A stretch of 44,203 nt of DNA from Parasitella parasitica NRRL 2501 (lineage: Eukaryota > Fungi > Mucoromycota). Made by a program: the position numbers and the translations under genes. The DNA lies in NCBI GenBank assembly GCA_025201805.1, contig MU619388.1:1-44203 (forward strand). The letters run 5' to 3'. The notes beneath the pieces are model-generated. The model was not told the DNA's origin. It saw only the letters and a program-made list of their open reading frames with translations, and did no database searches. Shown in pieces: positions 14,653-26,978 of this stretch. Each line of letters begins with the position of its first letter. The stretch's first letter is position 1.

Positions 14653-16741
14653 ATGACTGCCGAGATAAACACTGGTAAGCTATATTCTAAATCCTATTTT
14701 TTGATCTATTGAATATTGATGTTTTGTGATTGACCTTCATAGCTAAACATGTACTGAACTCGCCTGAAACCGTTCGTATTTTAATTTTTGTAAGATAGAG
14801 CATGTATTAAACGTGGATACATATAGCTAGTATCGGATAGTATCAAAGGTCTTTGTTATGCAAATCCTCATTTACGTTTGCTTGAAAAAGATAAAGGTAC
14901 AGTTTTATCATGATTCATCTCACAATAATATACCATTCACATACGTTTTATAGTTGTTTACTATGCCTATGTGGATAAAATGGCTTTGAACCAAGTGACC
15001 CTTATTTCAGGTGGTGGTTCAGGTCATGAACCTGGTTACGCAGGACTCGTTGGTGAGAATTGTCTTGCGGCCAATGTATGCGGTCATGTTTTTGCCTCGC
15101 CGTCTTCTAGTCAAGTCTTGGCTGCTATTGAAAGAGTACAATCACCTCATGGCACTTTAGTCATTATTATGAATTATACGGGCGATTGCCTTAACTTTGG
15201 TTTGGCTGTTGAAAGAGCCAAAGCGCGAGGCATCAAAGTAGACCTCATTGCTGTGGGTGATGATGTTGCCGTTGGTAGATCTAAAGGGGGGAAAGTAGGT
15301 CGCCGTGGAATGGCTGCTACTACGCTTGCCATAAAGTTAGCAGGCGCCTTGGCTTCCAAAGGAGCTACTCTGGAACAAGTGAAAAACATAACACAATACG
15401 CTATTAGCAATTCGGCTACCATTGGCGTTGCATTTGACCATTGTCATGTTCCTGGCTCTTCGAGTTTTTCTCAATTGGGGCCCAATGAAATGGAGATTGG
15501 TATGGGTATCCATAATGAAACTGGCTTCCTCAAAGCGAGCATGATGCCAGCCAAGGAACTGGTGACCAAGATGATGACTATGTTGGTAGATCAGAGTGAT
15601 GGCGATAGATCCTACTTGCCTTTGTTGAACGCACATTCAAACTCCAAAAATAGCGTAGTTCTATTGGTCAATAATCTTGGTGGTATTCCAATGGTTGAAC
15701 TGAACCTCGTTGTGAAAGAAGCTGTAGACTATGTTTCGGCTCAGAACCTAAAACTGGAACGTGTTTATGTTGGTCCGTTTGTAACAAGTTTAAATATGCC
15801 TGGCTTCTCTCTCTCCTTATTGGTTGTAGATCACGATAGAAATGTACTGGAGTTACTGGATCAGCAAGTACATGTGTCTGGTTGGCCCTCGACTGCCGCT
15901 CGTCATTTCTCAAAGGCCATCCATGGCGAGAATTCCGCTGCTACCAAGTCCCCTAAACTGGTTGTCGAGGTACATTATGGTCAAGGTAGGGTATAATAGG
16001 ATAATGCTACATACAATTAAGGTGAGAAAATGGCTCAACAAACTTGTTTATTTGTTTGTTTTCATACAGTTTCGAATCCTCAAGTGCTCGAAAATGCTAT
16101 TCGTGGTGCTACTAATTCTGTAATTGCAGCTGAACCTCGTATTACAGAGTACGATACCATTTTAGGCGATGGTGATTGTGGGCAGACGTTAAGAACTGCG
16201 GCATTAGGTAAATTTGATACCGCAAATACAGCAAAACATTTTTTAAAAGTTTGTTTTCACAGCTATTCAAAAGGCAATCCCTTCCTTTGATCTTACATCT
16301 GCACCCAAAACTATATTAGACGTTGCGGATGTGATTGAGAATTCAGTTGGTGGCACCTCATCAGCAATTTATTGCATTTTCTTCAATGCATTAGCTAGTG
16401 GCCTATTGAGTTATGCAAAGCCATCAGTAGATGCAGCTGTTTGGGTTCTTGCAGCTAAAGACGCCTTATCAACTTTGATGACTTATACAAAAGCTCGTGT
16501 TGGAGATCGCACATTGATGGATACTCTTTGTCCCTTTATCGAAACGTTAAATCAAGATGCCACCAACCTGGATCACGCTTTCGAAGCTGCTCGTAATGGT
16601 ACAAACAGTACGTGCAATTTGTCTGCGAAATTAGGTCGTTCATCTTACCTCTCAAATGAAGAGGTTCTAGAGTCAGGCATTCCTGATGCTGGCGCTTACG
16701 GGCTAGAAAGGATTTTAGAGGGTTTAGTTAAAGAGCTTTAA
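14653..16741 (+). CDS. DAK1: Dihydroxyacetone kinase (Dak1+Dak2 domains)
   Basis: Motifs SGGGSGHEP, FASPS, NYTGDCLNFG, VGRRGMA, EIGMGIHNE, GDGDCG, GGTSSAIY, GDRTLMD and GRSSY. Three short 5' exons from ATG 14653 splice in frame. Confidence 0.93.
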
Positions 16742-16801
16742 TAAATTGTATGTACAATAACATAAGGGTATTTTTTTTGTGTGTAAATAATATAGATGCT
16801 A

Positions 16802-18317
16802 TTAAGGATCAATTTCCAAGAAGTTGCCTATAATTACAGTCTATTTTTATTTAAAAAAGAAATTAGTAGATGCCGCACTGATTTACAAACTTTCTTTTTC
16901 TTACGGGTCTATATGTAAAAATATAAGTTTTTAAAGATGGACACAAAGAATTGTATCAATGTGGAAACTTACATGTTGAATTTGTCTCTTCTCACGGTAA
17001 ATGAAAAGCAACAGGACATTGGAATAAGGTCTTTCTTGTTTATTGTTTCTATCATGCTGTCAGGCCTGTCTGTATTCCTTTGTCGATATAGTAAACATGA
17101 AGTCAATACTGCTTTTTGCTTTGGATCAAAGGCTATATTTCCATATTTCTATATGAGATGAGAAGGGGACGTATTAGGCACCACATGACAATACATTATT
17201 AATACATACCTCCCAGTAATTCACAACGGAGTCTTCACTCATGATTTCATAAATGCACAACTGACCCTGATATGATGATAAATGTGATTAAGAATTTATT
17301 AAAACAGGAACTCAAATCTACTTACATCTCGTAATTTGTCGAACGGCATCTTGATGAGATCAGCAAACTCTTTATTGCCTTTGTATATTTCGCCTGTCCT
17401 TCTCCATAAACATGCAGGAATCGCCATCGCACTAAACACTCGATCATAATCTAGTAATAGCCTTTCGAATGATTCCTCTACCAGTATCAAATCAATGTCC
17501 GTCAAAGACTGAGCTACATTACAGAAATTTGGTCGGAACATGCTCATTACATTCAAAATGCGTTGTCGACTGTCAGATGACATACTAGCCCATTAACATG
17601 AGTGACACAGCTAGATAAGCTGTTCTATTAATTGTATACCCACCGCTGTTCCATGTATCTTTGTAGTCGAGCATATCCATTGACATAATTATAAGGCTTT
17701 AGAAATCCTGCCTGATATTTCGCATTTATTACATCGTTTAATCGATCCTCCATACAACCGTCTTTGGGATCTGCAGCTGTTAGATAGAATTGGTCTTGCA
17801 CATTTGATTTTTTGGCTGTAGGCATTTTCTCCACACTATATTCTCTTTAAAGGGCTTGAGTAGCGTATAAACAACATTGAACTGTATTACTTTAAAATAT
17901 GAACATCAATACCACCGTGTTCGCCGTCATTACTCAATCTTGCGTCTAGCGTGGCGAATCAAAAAGTCGTAAGAGAGAAAACATATATATACTGCAGCTG
18001 CTGACATGTCGTAATTTTACTCACCTCCCCATGCCTTGCGCCCACTATTATTGCTGCATTCGCTGTATTTCTTCTTCTTGTCTACAAACTTTGCCATTGT
18101 ACTCGATCGTGATTTATGCTCGCCCTGACACATTTCTCCTGTATTTCTTTTCAGACATGTTTGACAAAGACGACTTACATTATCTACTTGAGCGCTTTGC
18201 TTAGCGTCCATGGCGTAATCTGTATATATATATATATATATATATACCTTGATTACAAGTCTTATGAGATTCTCTGCAATGGACACAACCTACTGGAGTT
18301 ATGTTAATAACAATCAT
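16802..18317 (-). CDS. Zn(II)2Cys6 transcription factor, Rds2/AcuM (gluconeogenesis regulator) family with PAS-like C-terminus
   Basis: Spliced zinc cluster CVHCRESHKTCNQDNVSRLCQTCLKRNTGEMC; motifs LTAADP, KPYNYVNGYARLQ, FERLLLDYDRVF, PACLWRRTGEI, SVVNYWEKYGNIAFD, CCFSFTVRRD and IPTVIIGNFL. The start codon is approximate. Confidence 0.88.
18223..18246. repeat. (TA)n microsatellite at the 5' end of the intron that splits the zinc cluster
   Basis: Direct reading: tatatatatatatatatatatata. Confidence 0.9.
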
Positions 18318-18703
18318 TTGAGAATCTTGAAAAACAAAAAAACAAAAAAAAAGTGTCGCTCTAACCTAACGACGCTTTCCTTTTCTTTATATTGTTTACA
18401 GACATTACGGAATTGAAGAAAGAAAGGAGTTTTTAATTGCATGTTACATGATGAATCAACTTTAATCGCTAAAAATGCCTTCCCCCCCCCCTTCTTCGTT
18501 GCACCAAATACAGCAATTGTTTCGTATCATACTCTGGTACCATCCCAAAAATTGATCATCGAAGAAGCTGTTGACTTTTGGGTTCAATATACCCATTAAT
18601 CTGTTCTTTAAGAAACAATCTCGAACTAGTAGGTATACAGGTATTTCTTTTCACATAATACATATTCTCCGCATGATAAATACGCATAAAATAATGGGGG
18701 GTT

Positions 18704-20336
18704 TTATTTTGTTGCCAACGCTTCTACTGCTATCACTGGTTGATCGTTTTTTGCTGCTGTCTTTGCTATTGGTGACGAAGGAAGAGAGGCCGGAGACGTC
18801 GTAGGGAGACAAAGGACCCTTCCCTTCAACAAAGGCTCATATCTATTAGAAATTTTTACAACAAATGGCGGCGAAATACAAAAAGCAACAGTTCCCTTTG
18901 TTTGTCCATCCTCATCATCCATTAATTGGCCATCGAATGATTGTTTTCCCTCTCGAACATCTACAGCAGTAATACACACCTCTTGGCCTTTTATCGCCGA
19001 CCCTAAAGTCATTGTAAATTCCACTAAATTGCGAAGCTTTTTACTGTACTCGTTCGCTCTGGTCATTGCTTCCTCGCTGACCGTTGTGTCCGACTTTTTG
19101 ACTAGGTAGGTAGGATATGCCTTTTGCAGTCCACGATACAAGTGGTTCCAATTACGATCCACAAACTTCATCCATGTCTGTTGTATGTCGCCCACGCCAT
19201 CTTCCGTATTATTCTGAACTACCAGCATGCTTAGTTCTTGGCGTAATCTGGTCGCAAAAAATGTGGATGAATCGTTCTGATCAAACCATTGCTGCAGCAC
19301 TAGAAAGTCACTGTTGCAGGATAGGCCTGGAAACACATTGATATTGAGATTTTGAACAAGCACATCCATCATGAATTTCTCTGTCAACATTTGAATACGT
19401 TCTGGAGGTAATGGCTTTCCTAATTGATCGATGGAAGCGCCGAGATTTAGCCAGAGTGTACTTAACTTTTCGGTTGTAATTTGTGGTTCTGCTTGAGGTA
19501 GCAGTTCGCTGGCTAATGAGTGGATCTGTTGTCGAAGCAGCTGTAATTTTGCAGCTATTGTTTGCTGAGTATCATCGCTGGAGCGAACAGAGCGCAGATG
19601 AGCTTGGTAGTTGCTTTGTAGCAGCTCCATGTCGTGAGTGCGTTGTTTGATCTTTTCCTGCATTTTAGATAGTTGTTCCGTTAGTGTCGATACATCTTTT
19701 GAATATTGTTGCTTTTGGACTTCCAAGTCCCTCAAGATTTGTCTTTGCTGCTGTATCATTTGTTGCATATTTATGGATCTATTGCTTCTAACTGATACGT
19801 TTCTGGTCAACTTGGAGCTGATGGAGGCTGTAAGTATGCAAAAAAAAAAGTTAGTTTATAAACCTTCTTCTCCTCGTTTTCCCCTGGATTCATTCTGTTT
19901 TTCCGCAGAGTTATTAGACTCCCTCCAACACACTCACATACTCTCCCCCCCCCCCATATCTCTCCTCCATCTAGCCAGGTACGGTTCCTTTACCATTATC
20001 ACTATTCATCTGAATACTACGACTGTCTAGTGATGAGTTTCTTTCGGGTGTTTCAATATAGGGTTGCTGGTGTGGTGGCTGCATTTGTTGCTGCTGCTGC
20101 TGCTGCTGCTGTATGCTCTGATGAGAGCTTGCTATACTGGATGAACTCTGATAGGTGAATTGCTTTGAAAGGGTCTGCTGCTGTTCAGAGAGGGATATTG
20201 AAGATATTGAAGGGGCCAGGCTGCTCTTCTTTTTGGGTTTCTTTTGAAATAATCTTGATATTCTACCACCAACAGACTTGGTTTTTGATTGTGATTTTTC
20301 ATTCTTGCTCAGCTCTAATATTGGTTCCTCGTTCAT
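18704..20336 (-). CDS. Hypothetical protein with Ser/Gln-rich N-terminus and coiled coil
   Basis: Two long ORFs joined in frame by a phase-1 intron (~19993-19829, GTAAAG...CAG). Heptad-rich segment and a C-terminal AFCISPPF...KGRVLC motif. No family recognised. Confidence 0.7.
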
Positions 20337-20624
20337 TGTATTAATAGATCTTAATTTCCCCTGGAAATCAAAGTTTTTTTTCTTGTATGTAGCAAAAGGA
20401 CGAAAGAGCAAAATAAAGAAAAACAGGTTGGAAAATTTAATTCGATGGTTAGTTTATTGCATTTGGATTTAATCACCGTCGTTTCAACGATACGATGCCC
20501 ATTCTTGGCAATGTGTCGAATGTCAACTGAAAAAAGAAAAAAAAAGAAAAAAGAAACCGAAGTAGAATCCGTGATTGATCGGCTCAACTTGTTGATGTCT
20601 ATTTTTCTTTATTTAATCAAATGT

Positions 20625-21436
20625 TTACATGAAATCATCATCATAATCGTCAAAGCTGTTATCGGCTGCAGAATTCTTTCCTGCAGCCGCCAATTGAGGG
20701 CGACTCTTGGCTTTGGTTTTCTTTGCCGCATCTTTGGCAGCCTTTTGCTTTTCATTGGCAATAGCTGTCAAGGAAGAGGCGACTTTCTTGACCTCGGGAT
20801 GATTTAAAGGTACAGCAATGTCACGCAATAGGTCGTCAATAAACCAGCCATAGTTGTTGCCCCATTTCTAGGCTGATAATTAATACATGCCAGATCCAAT
20901 CCTTTCCTCAACACTACTTACGGCAGCAGGGGTGATAATATCAACTAGACGCTTACGATAGGCGTCCATTTCCACTCGATTTTTAGGATTCCAATCCTCC
21001 AAAGGCTTATCCTTCATATCAGCTATATGTTATATCTCTTTCAATACCTCGCAACTTTTGTATGAACCATCCGAGAAAACTTACAAACAGACACACCGGA
21101 AAAGAGATCAGTAGCACTGGCCATATCAGCTTCCAACTCCAATTGACGCAAGCGCTCTTTACGAGCAAAATCATCTTCCTCATCTTTCTCCTCATCCTCT
21201 CCAGCCAACTTCTTGGCTTCCAATTCTTGTTTCTTTTTCTCCTCGGCAGCATGCTTCTCGGCAATCTTTTGTTTTAAAGGGACCTTCTTTTTCAAAACTG
21301 GTGCAGGTTTCTTTTCTTTTGCTTTTGTATCCTCATCGGAATCCTCCCAAGATTCTTTGACTTCGTCTTCGGCGTCTTCATCATCCCATTGATTTTTTTT
21401 GGGAATAGCCACCTGTACTTCCACGTCAAGCTCGTC
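20625..21436 (-). CDS. HCR1: Translation initiation factor eIF3 subunit J (5' end lies in the assembly gap)
   Basis: Acidic WDDEDAEDEVKESWEDSDE N-terminus, RLRQLELEADMASATDLF, VKKVASSLTAIANEKQK and the terminal DDYDDDFM. Confidence 0.88.
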
Positions 21437-21786
21437 NNNNNNNNNNNNNNNNNNNNNNNNNNNNNNNNNNNNNNNNNNNNNNNNNNNNNNNNNNNNNNNN
21501 NNNNNNNNNNNNNNNNNNNNNNNNNNNNNNNNNNNNNNNNNNNNNNNNNNNNNNNNNNNNNNNNNNNNNNNNNNNNNNNNNNNNNNNNNNNNNNNNNNNN
21601 NNNNNNNNNNNNNNNNNNNNNNNNNNNNNNNNNNNNNNNNNNNNNNNNNNNNNNNNNNNNNNNNNNNNNNNNNNNNNNNNNNNNNNNNNNNNNNNNNNNN
21701 NNNNNNNNNNNNNNNNNNNNNNNNNNNNNNNNNNNNNNNNNNNNNNNNNNNNNNNNNNNNNNNNNNNNNNNNNNNNNNNNNNNNNN
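21437..21786. other. Assembly gap (N run)
   Basis: Run of Ns. Confidence 1.
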
Positions 21787-22464
21787 GAGATTACAGTTAT
21801 ATTTATCATGACATGAAAACAAATTGGTGCTTTGAAGAGCAAAATTATTATATTCACTCTACAACTTTTTTACTAAAAAAAAACTACTTTTGCATATGTC
21901 TTGATAACATATGCGTTGTCCAGTTGAAATAAAGTAAATTTTATCAGATAGCGCTGATCATGGCGGTGTCAGACAAGTAAAAGACAGGATATTCTTTGTT
22001 TTTTATGTCGAGGTATGAGTGCTAAGGTGCATTTTTTGTATGAAGTTGATGTTGTTTTGCAGTCAACAACTGCTTATGCCTAAGCCATCAGTAGGGGGAA
22101 CAGGGCAACATAACATACGGTATCGGATAAGGATAATGTCTCCAGTGGTATCTAGTATATCAGACAACACTGATCATTCGACACTCAATGTAGTCCAGTT
22201 ACGGGATCCATTGTAGCTATACCTACAGTGCATTCTATTCAGCAAGGAGTCCACAATTCAATTTCTTTTACGCTAGAAATATTTTTAATGACTTCAAGTC
22301 TTATAGAAATTGGGATAAATTACTTCTTTTTTGGTTCCGGGTTGAGTTTACTTTGGAGATTTCAGTACTGAATCGAAGTCGGTTATCTTTTCAATAGAGC
22401 TATAAAATAAATATCGAATGGTTTTTGCTTGGCAAGATGATTACAAAAAACAGCAAGGTTTTTT

Positions 22465-22945
22465 TAATCTTTTGAATGGCTCCATTTTGGTCCTATAAGC
22501 CTAAAAACGAAAATTCGTAGTTGTATTTTAGTCAAGACAATATTTTGATTTTTGGCAGAAATAATAAAGATACAGCTGTAAACAAAATGTTCATGTGTAG
22601 GTACTGACATGATAATTTGTTTGATCAAGTTTATAAAGCTGAAAGTGTTCAAAGAAAGTGTTCAAAATATGTTTGCTTTTACTCAAAAACTATCAAAAAG
22701 GGCGTTTTTCGAATATTTGAAAATTGGCAATAAGAAAAGGTGTTTCTATACCCTTTTAATTTATATGGTTGGATGCAGAATTTATTCTATGTTATAAAAC
22801 ACTTGGCACGCGTATCTGATATACCTATTGCGTTTATGAGATATCTAGCAATGAACTTTGTGCAAGAAGCTCGAAATTGGTTCGGGTCAAATAGAAACAC
22901 AGTGCTGAGATTCAATCTACAGCCTCTTTTTTCGCTGCAAATGAG
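22465..22945 (+). repeat. Dispersed direct repeat, copy 1 (non-coding, probably TE-derived)
   Basis: Aligns by eye with 23955-24431. The 3' half (actcaaaaactatcaaaa...ttttcgctgcaaatgag) is nearly identical and the 5' half is more diverged. Confidence 0.85.
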
Positions 22946-23954
22946 GGCACCAACTATTTTCAATTGAAGAGCAAAGCATGATTCTAATAGGCATCTTGCG
23001 TATGTCTCCATACAAATCGATAGCTGAGATATACTGCATAATACACTCTCAAAAACCAATTTTGTACACATTTATTTTTAGATGAAATAAATACCACCAA
23101 ATCTGAAATATTACCTCTTCCCCCGCTTAACGGCTTAGATTGCAATCTCTAATAACTTTTGAAACTATTAAGTAATAGAGAAATAACCTTTAGTTGAAAT
23201 CTTTTTCTTTTGCACTATTCTACAACATATCCAAGTCTTATGAATCTCTGACCATTTTTCAAATTTTACTATGTTTGGACCCCAAACCTTATATTCGAGT
23301 TTCAGTTTTCAACTTTGGGTCAACCTTCAGGGTCATCTTTAGCTACGGATTTGAGGCCCAAACCAAGAATACAGGCTAATACTAGTATGATAACTGTACC
23401 TCACTACGTCTTCCGATTCTCGATATCTATCTTTGCTGTCAAGATATTGCCTAAACTAGGTTTTGCAGATTTTGAAGATTTTACAGCATATGTTCCTATA
23501 ACAAGTACCATATTTTGCAACTAGACCAAGTATTAGGTGCTAAGTAAAGTAATAAATCACATTTTGGTGCGCTTACTGGTATTAAACATGTCGTACTTAA
23601 GCTGGAATTCGACAAGCTAGAGCCAATTTTGTCTTTTAACGTTAAACTTTGTTCCCTTGTTTCTCAAAAAACTACCATGACACTTTGGCTTAAGTGATTA
23701 ATAAAATCTTTTTGATACCCAATTCTCTACTAAATGTATTATTTTTTAGATAGATATGTCGAAAAAAATATTTTTCATATGTTATTTAGCAGAGGCTTAA
23801 TTTATTTTCGTAACTTTCAGAGCAATAAATGATATATAAAGATACATGATATAGCAATACAAAAGTAAAGCTACAACATAGCTACCGAAAGGTTTTTGTT
23901 TGGTCAAAAAATACCAATTTCTGAGCGAGAAAATCTCGATAAACGGAATTGATT

Positions 23955-24431
23955 TTTACCCTTTTGAATGGCTTCATTTTGGCCCTCCAAGTATAGGACC
24001 GGAAAATTGTAGATTCATTTCGGTCGAGACAAAATTTTAATTTTTAGCAGAAATAATAAAGCTATAGTTATGAACAAGATATTGATGTGTAGGCATTAAC
24101 ATGGTGGTTTGGTTGATTAACTTTATAGAGCTGAATGTGCTCAAAATATGCTTGATTTCACTCAAAAACTATCAAAAAAGGCGTTTTTTGAATATTTGAA
24201 AAGTGGTAATAAGAAAAGATGTTTCTATATCCTTTTAATTTATATGGTTGGATGCAGAATTTATTCTATGTTATAAAACACTTAGTACGCATACCCGATA
24301 TACCTATTGCGTTTATGAGATATTTAGCAATGAACTATGTGCAAAAAGCTCGAAATTGGTTTGGGTCAAATGGAAACACAGTGCTGAGATTCAATCTCCA
24401 GCCTTTTTTTTTTTTTTTCGCTGCAAATGAG
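23955..24431 (+). repeat. Dispersed direct repeat, copy 2
   Basis: See copy 1. The spurious ORFs 22740 and 24219 are near-identical translations of the two copies. Confidence 0.85.
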
Positions 24432-24703
24432 TGTTAAATTCTGGCGAATGCTCTTCCTCACCGAAGCTACTATGAAGAGCATTCTATCCTTTATACGTAT
24501 CTGTGCTTCTGTCTCTGGGAAACTAATGTTTCGTTAAGCTCCTGTGGATTGGCTCAAGGCGTACCCAATTATCCCTCATCTTAGATCATGGTTTTATTGC
24601 TGCGGCACTGTTAAATACCTTCAAAACGAACACTGGTTTAAATCCTCAATCAATATTGATATAGCTAAATAAATGTATTCAGTTCTAAACATAATCTTCC
24701 ATA

Positions 24704-24870
24704 CGAAGTTTATTAATATCTATCCATAAGCGTATATCATTTCTAGTATAGTCTTATTTAGTCTATATCTGTATATGTGGCATGTTTATAGCATGTCATA
24801 GGCATTATCTATAGCATTGCGCATATTGTACAAGTTTGTAGTACATAATGTATCTGTAACTAGTATCATA
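24704..24870 (+). repeat. AT-rich interspersed repeat shared with ~43384-43580
   Basis: Shared blocks cgaag(t/a)tta(t/a)taatatc and tctatagcattgc(g/a)catatt...gtttgtagtacataat...ctagtatcat. Confidence 0.6.
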
Positions 24871-25244
24871 GTTATAAGTATATGTCTTGTAGTGCGTATA
24901 TGGAAACTGAGAAGACACATATCAAGTATAAATCTTATGTGGCATAAGCTCATAGCATATACTGAATCTAGTAAATGTCCAAGGTTTGTCATCCATCCTA
25001 ATGGCACCACCTCTAGCCTATATTTTATGTAGTATAAATCTGTATTGTACATCTTATTAACAGTGCACATATGTAGTTTATATCTAAGGTAACTGTATGA
25101 ATCTAGAAGTGTAATGCAGATCATTGTAGGGAATGTGTTTCACAGATTTTATATAGAAAGTGATGATTAATAGAATTATACTATTATATATTACATTGAT
25201 AATTCAAAGCATTGGTGTGTTAAACAAATAATGCATGGGGAAGT

Positions 25245-26141
25245 TTATGAAAAAGTTGGTTGGTGTGTTTTTGCCTGTGGTCTTGCTGTTGGTGAAGAAG
25301 AGATGTTAAGATTAATAATTGGCGGTAATAGAACGCTATAAAAGCCATCATCGGCATCGTTGCGCTCTGCTGTTGTTTGTTTGACAGACAAAGGAGACGA
25401 CTGGTAGGATGATGATGAAGAGGGCATTGGATTTATTAGCCGTAGTCTTTTTAGCCAACTTTCTGCTCTTTGTACTGTATCATCAACGACTCCGTAAATT
25501 GAACATAACATATCGCTAGATTCTTGGCCAAAAGCTAATAAACGAAGTGCAATATCCTCTTGCTTGAATGAAACACGGTTTGTTTGTTTTTGTATCACAT
25601 CATTGCCTGCAGTATCTGTCTCATCATTAAGGGAAGCCTATACATTGATATTCGAAAATGCAATTATTAGTTGGTTATGTTTTATTGGGAGATGTATAAA
25701 ATTTACCCATCTGCTTGGTAAATTCAATATAGTGTTCCGAATGGTTGCTTTGGCTTGGTGAGGTAGTGCATTGCTAGCATAACATGTTATTATGTCAACT
25801 ACTTTACGCAATGTAGACACCATATCATTTTTAATCGAAGCCAGCTCCATAGGTCGTTGATGTTGATGTTGATGTTGCTGCTGATTGGAACTGGTAGCAA
25901 GTGACACTAAAAAATTTCTGAGTAGACTCATTTGGTGTCCTATGTGCTGAATGGCGTACTGTAACCAACTCACGCAATATCGTAAACATTTCATTGATTC
26001 TTCACTAACAACTGCTGCCGTAGATCCTGCTGTAGATCCTGCCCCAAACACTAGCTGCTGCCATGTAGAGCTATTTTGTGGGGATGTCGGTGTAGATATT
26101 GTATACGATTGGTTTAGCTTCATCGACGCGATTGTATTCAA
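25245..26141 (-). CDS. OPI1: Opi1-family transcription regulator (5' end uncertain)
   Basis: Motifs WQQLVFGAG, SEESMKCLRYCVSWLQYA, LRKVVDIITCYASNALPHQAKATIRNTILNLPSRW and LLAFGQESSDML...TVQRAESW. One intron (~25706-25637). Confidence 0.85.
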
Positions 26142-26341
26142 TTTTTTGTATTGATGGAGGAGATTGTCGTTAAGGTGGTGAAGGTGTAATCCATAAGATG
26201 AAGAAGAAAAAGTGTTTATTACATGTTGATCACAATAATATTCTTTCCACTGGTATTTTCACGTGTTTTTTTACAGTTTGTAAAGCTTAATTTGATGCAT
26301 GTGCTATCAATTTTGACACATGAAAAAGGGGGAATAAGTAC

Positions 26342-26372
26342 NNNNNNNNNNNNNNNNNNNNNNNNNNNNNNN
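26342..26372. other. Assembly gap (N run)
   Basis: Run of Ns. Confidence 1.
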
Positions 26373-26978
26373 CAGTAATCAGGTTGCTTTTATCTCTATA
26401 TATAACTTATATATATTAGTTACAAATATATCGCAAAGCAAGATTTTTTCGTTTCGAGGGTTCATTTACTGGAGCATATGATTGTATGAAGTAAAAATAA
26501 TGGCATTGTCCATTTTTGTTTTTTTTTGGGGAACAAGGGGATTCGAACCAAAATTGAATAGATCTGCTCATTTACTTGAAGTAAACAGTGGCGCACAATG
26601 TTGTTCATGCCAACTGAATGCCCCAAATAAATTTATAATAATGATATTATACCGTTTACCGTTCGAATTATTAAAGTGGAAAGATCTTCATATAAAGTAT
26701 AATTACTCCAAACACGATGCTGTGCTAGTATTCGCCCAAGAGTTTCATGCTGAATGCATGAAACTCAATAACCGAAAAAGGCCAATAATAAAGACGTTAA
26801 TGTCAATTATTAAGCACAAAATGAAAATGATCCACTACTGTTATTACCACACACATTTCAAAAGTTATTATATGCAAACTCTGTCCTCATCGTCTAGTTA
26901 ATTTGATATTTAATGAATTTTCGACTAATTGCTAAACAAACAATTGTTTTTTTAACATCAAATTTCTGTTATTAAAGT

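Noticed and set aside
21292-21932. ORFs full of X
   Set aside because: Artefacts of the N gap.
26528-26549. tRNA T-arm/3'-end-like sequence on the minus strand (GGTTCGAATCCCCTTGTTCCCC)
   Set aside because: There is no 5' half, D-arm or anticodon arm, and the T stem is incomplete. The spacing does not fit a CCA-containing primer-binding site. At most a tiny tRNA-derived fragment.
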